Shown here piece after piece: positions 61,951 to 64,000 of a stretch of 64,000 nucleotides of DNA. Position 1 is the stretch's first letter; each line of letters starts with the position of its first letter. The notes beneath the pieces are model-generated. The model saw only the letters and a list, made by a program, of their open reading frames with translations. It had not been told where the DNA came from and did not search any database. The DNA comes from the human T2T-CHM13v2.0 reference genome, Homo sapiens, in assembly GCF_009914755.1 (NCBI RefSeq), contig NC_060926.1, one strand, 5' to 3'. The position numbers and the translations under genes are program-made.

Positions 61951-64000
61951 TTACATATAAAAAGCAGACAGCAGCATTCCCAGTAACTTCTTTGTGATGT
62001 TTCCATTCAAGTCACAGAGTTGAACATTCCCTTTCATAGAGCAGGTTTGAAACACTTTTTTTGTAGTATCTGGATGTGGACATTTGGAGCGCTTTCAGGC
62101 CTATGGTGAAAAAGGAAATATATTCCAATAAAAGCTAGATAGAAGCAATGTCAGAAACTTTTTCATGATGTATCTACTCAGCTAACAGAGTTGAACCTTT
62201 CTTTTGAGAGAGCAGTTTTGAAACACTCTTTTTGTAAAATCTGCAAGAGGATATTTGGATAGTTTTGAGGATTTCGTTGGAAACGGGATTGTCTTCATAT
62301 AAACTCTAGACAGAAGCATTCTCAGAAGCGTCATTGGGATGTTTCAATTGAAGTCACAGTGTTGAACAGTCCCTTTCATAGAGCAGGTTTGAAACACTCT
62401 TTTTGTAGTATCTGGATGTGGACATTTGGAGCGCTTTCAGGCCTATGGTTTAAAAGGAAATATCTTCCCCTGAAAACTAGACAGAAGCATTCTCAGAAAC
62501 TTATTTGTGATGTGCGCCTTCAACTAACAGTGTTGAAGCATTCTTTTGATAGAGCAGTTTTGAAACACTCTTTTTGTGGAATCTGCAAGTGGATATTTGT
62601 CTAGCTTTGAGGATTTCGTTGGAAACGGGATTACATATAAAAAGCAGACAGCAGCATTCCCAGAAACTTCTTTGTGATGTTTGCATTCAAGTCACAGAGT
62701 TGAACATTCCCTTTCAGAGAGCAGGTTTGAAACACTCTTTTTGTAGTATCTGGATGTGGACATTTGGAGCGCTTTCAGGCCTATGGTGAAAAAGGAAATA
62801 TCTTCCCCTGAAAACTAGACAGAAGCATTCTCAGAATCTTATTTGTGATGTGCGCCCTCAACTAACAGTGTTGAAGCTTTCTTTTGATAGAGCAGTTTTG
62901 AAACACTCTTTTTGTAAAATCTGCAAGAGGATATTTGGATAGCTTTGAGGATTTCGTTGGAAACGGGATTGTCTTCATATAAACTCTAGAGAGAAGCATT
63001 CTCAGAAGCTTCATTGGGATGTTTCAATTGAAGTCACAGTGTTGAACAGTCCCTTTCATAGAGCAGGTTTGAAACACTCTTTTTGTAGTATCTGGAAGTG
63101 GACATTTGGAGCGCTCTCAGGACTGCGGTGAAAAAGGAAATATCTTCCAATAAAAGCTAGATAGAAGCAATGTCAGAAACTTTTTCATGATGTATCTACT
63201 CAGCTAACAGAGTTGAACCTTCCTTTGAGAGAGCAGTTTTGAAACACTCTTTTTGTGGAATCTGCAAGTGGATATTTGTCTAGCTTTGAGGATTTCGTTG
63301 GAAACGGGATTACATATAAAAAGCAGACAGCAGCATTCCCAGAAACTTCTTTGTGATGTTTGCATTCAAGTCACAGAGTTGAACATTCCCTTTCATAGAG
63401 CAGGTTTGAAACACTCTTTTTGTAGTATCTGGATGTGGACATTTGCAGCGCTTTCAGGCCTAAGGTGAAAAAGGAAATATCTTCCCCTGAAAACTAGACA
63501 GAAGCATTCTCAGAAACTTATTTGTGATGTGCGCCCTCAACTAACAGTGTTGAAGCTTTCTTTTGATAGAGCAGTTTTGAAACACTCTTTTTGTAATATC
63601 TGCAAGAGGATATTTGGATAGCTTTGAGGATTTCGTTGGAAACGGGATTGTCTTCATATAAACTCTAGACAGAAGCATTCTCAGAAGCTTCGTTGGGATG
63701 TTTCAATTGAAGTCACAGTGTTGAACAGTTCCTTTCATAGAACAGGTTTGAAACACTCTTTTTGTAGTATCTGGAAGTGGACATTTGGAGCGCTCTCAGG
63801 ACTGCGGTGAAAAAGGATATATCTTCCAATAAAAGCTAGATAGAAGCAATGTCAGAAACTTTTTCATGATGTATCTACTCAGCTAACAGAGTTGAACGTT
63901 TCTTTTGAGAGAGCAGTTTTGAAACACTCTTTTTGTGGAATCTGCAAGTGGATATTTGTCTAGCTTTGAGGATTTCGTTGGAAACGGGATTACATATAAA

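Larger units (their letters stand above)
57355..63512 (+). repeat. Near-perfect tandem duplication, period 3057 bp (18 monomers)
   Basis: ORFs at 57604, 57819, 59302, 59517 and 60196 recur at +3057 with identical translations. Private variants tttaaaatgaaat, ctttggatag, gagctgaaactt and ctagagagaag are in both copies. Confidence 0.92.
1..64000 (+). repeat. Centromeric alpha satellite array, homogeneous HOR type, single orientation
   Basis: Uninterrupted ~170-bp tandem monomers with alphoid hallmarks (CATTCTCAGAAACTT, TTTTGAAACACTCTTTTTGT, TTCGTTGGAAACGGGA) from base 1 to 64000; the same ORF translations recur at multiples of ~340 bp. Confidence 0.99.

Noticed and set aside
347-63468. About 130 short ORFs (60-94 aa) on both strands
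   Set aside because: They are periodic translations of satellite monomers, mostly with TTG/GTG starts on the + strand, are opened and closed by single SNVs, and show no gene structure or recognisable domain.
1-64000. CRISPR-like regular repeat with spacers (invariant 17-bp box every ~340 bp)
   Set aside because: The intervening sequences are themselves repeats rather than unique spacers, there are no cas genes, and the sequence is eukaryotic satellite.
1-64000. Alu/L1/LTR insertion, inversion or array edge
   Set aside because: No poly(A) tail, target-site duplication, GC-rich insert, reverse-strand CENP-B box or degenerate monomeric zone was seen; phase is continuous.
1-64000. Calling this window the active kinetochore / CENP-A domain
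   Set aside because: High homogeneity and intact boxes indicate a live-type array, but kinetochore position is epigenetic and needs methylation or CENP-A data.

Overview
The whole 64-kb window is primate, almost certainly human, centromeric alpha satellite: about 376 head-to-tail monomers of about 170 bp (64000/170), all in one orientation. I saw no inversion, transposon insertion or unique sequence. CENP-B-box monomers alternate strictly with pJalpha/A-box monomers, with box-to-box steps of 342 and 338 bp. The basic higher-order repeat (HOR) is a 680-bp 4-mer with one XbaI site. This fits a dimeric suprachromosomal family 2 live array, most likely chromosome 2 D2Z1 (S2C2H1L); that assignment is from recall, not a search. 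No genes are supported: every ORF in the track is a translation of the repeat. The informative structure lies above the HOR level. Hybrid monomers give even-numbered 2/4/6/8/10-mer structural variants, and there is a locally amplified 1360-bp 8-mer. Tandem or near-tandem block duplications have periods of 6458, 3737 and 3057 bp, and dispersed multi-kb block copies have offsets of 6448, 15633/14615, 26496 and 36698/39755 bp. I also found a 1018-bp deletion between sister blocks, probable gene-conversion patches, two micro-duplications and five disrupted CENP-B boxes. I found no previously undescribed biological system; the window is a readable record of recent centromeric array turnover. All comparisons were made by eye, aided by ORF-track offsets, so block boundaries are approximate.
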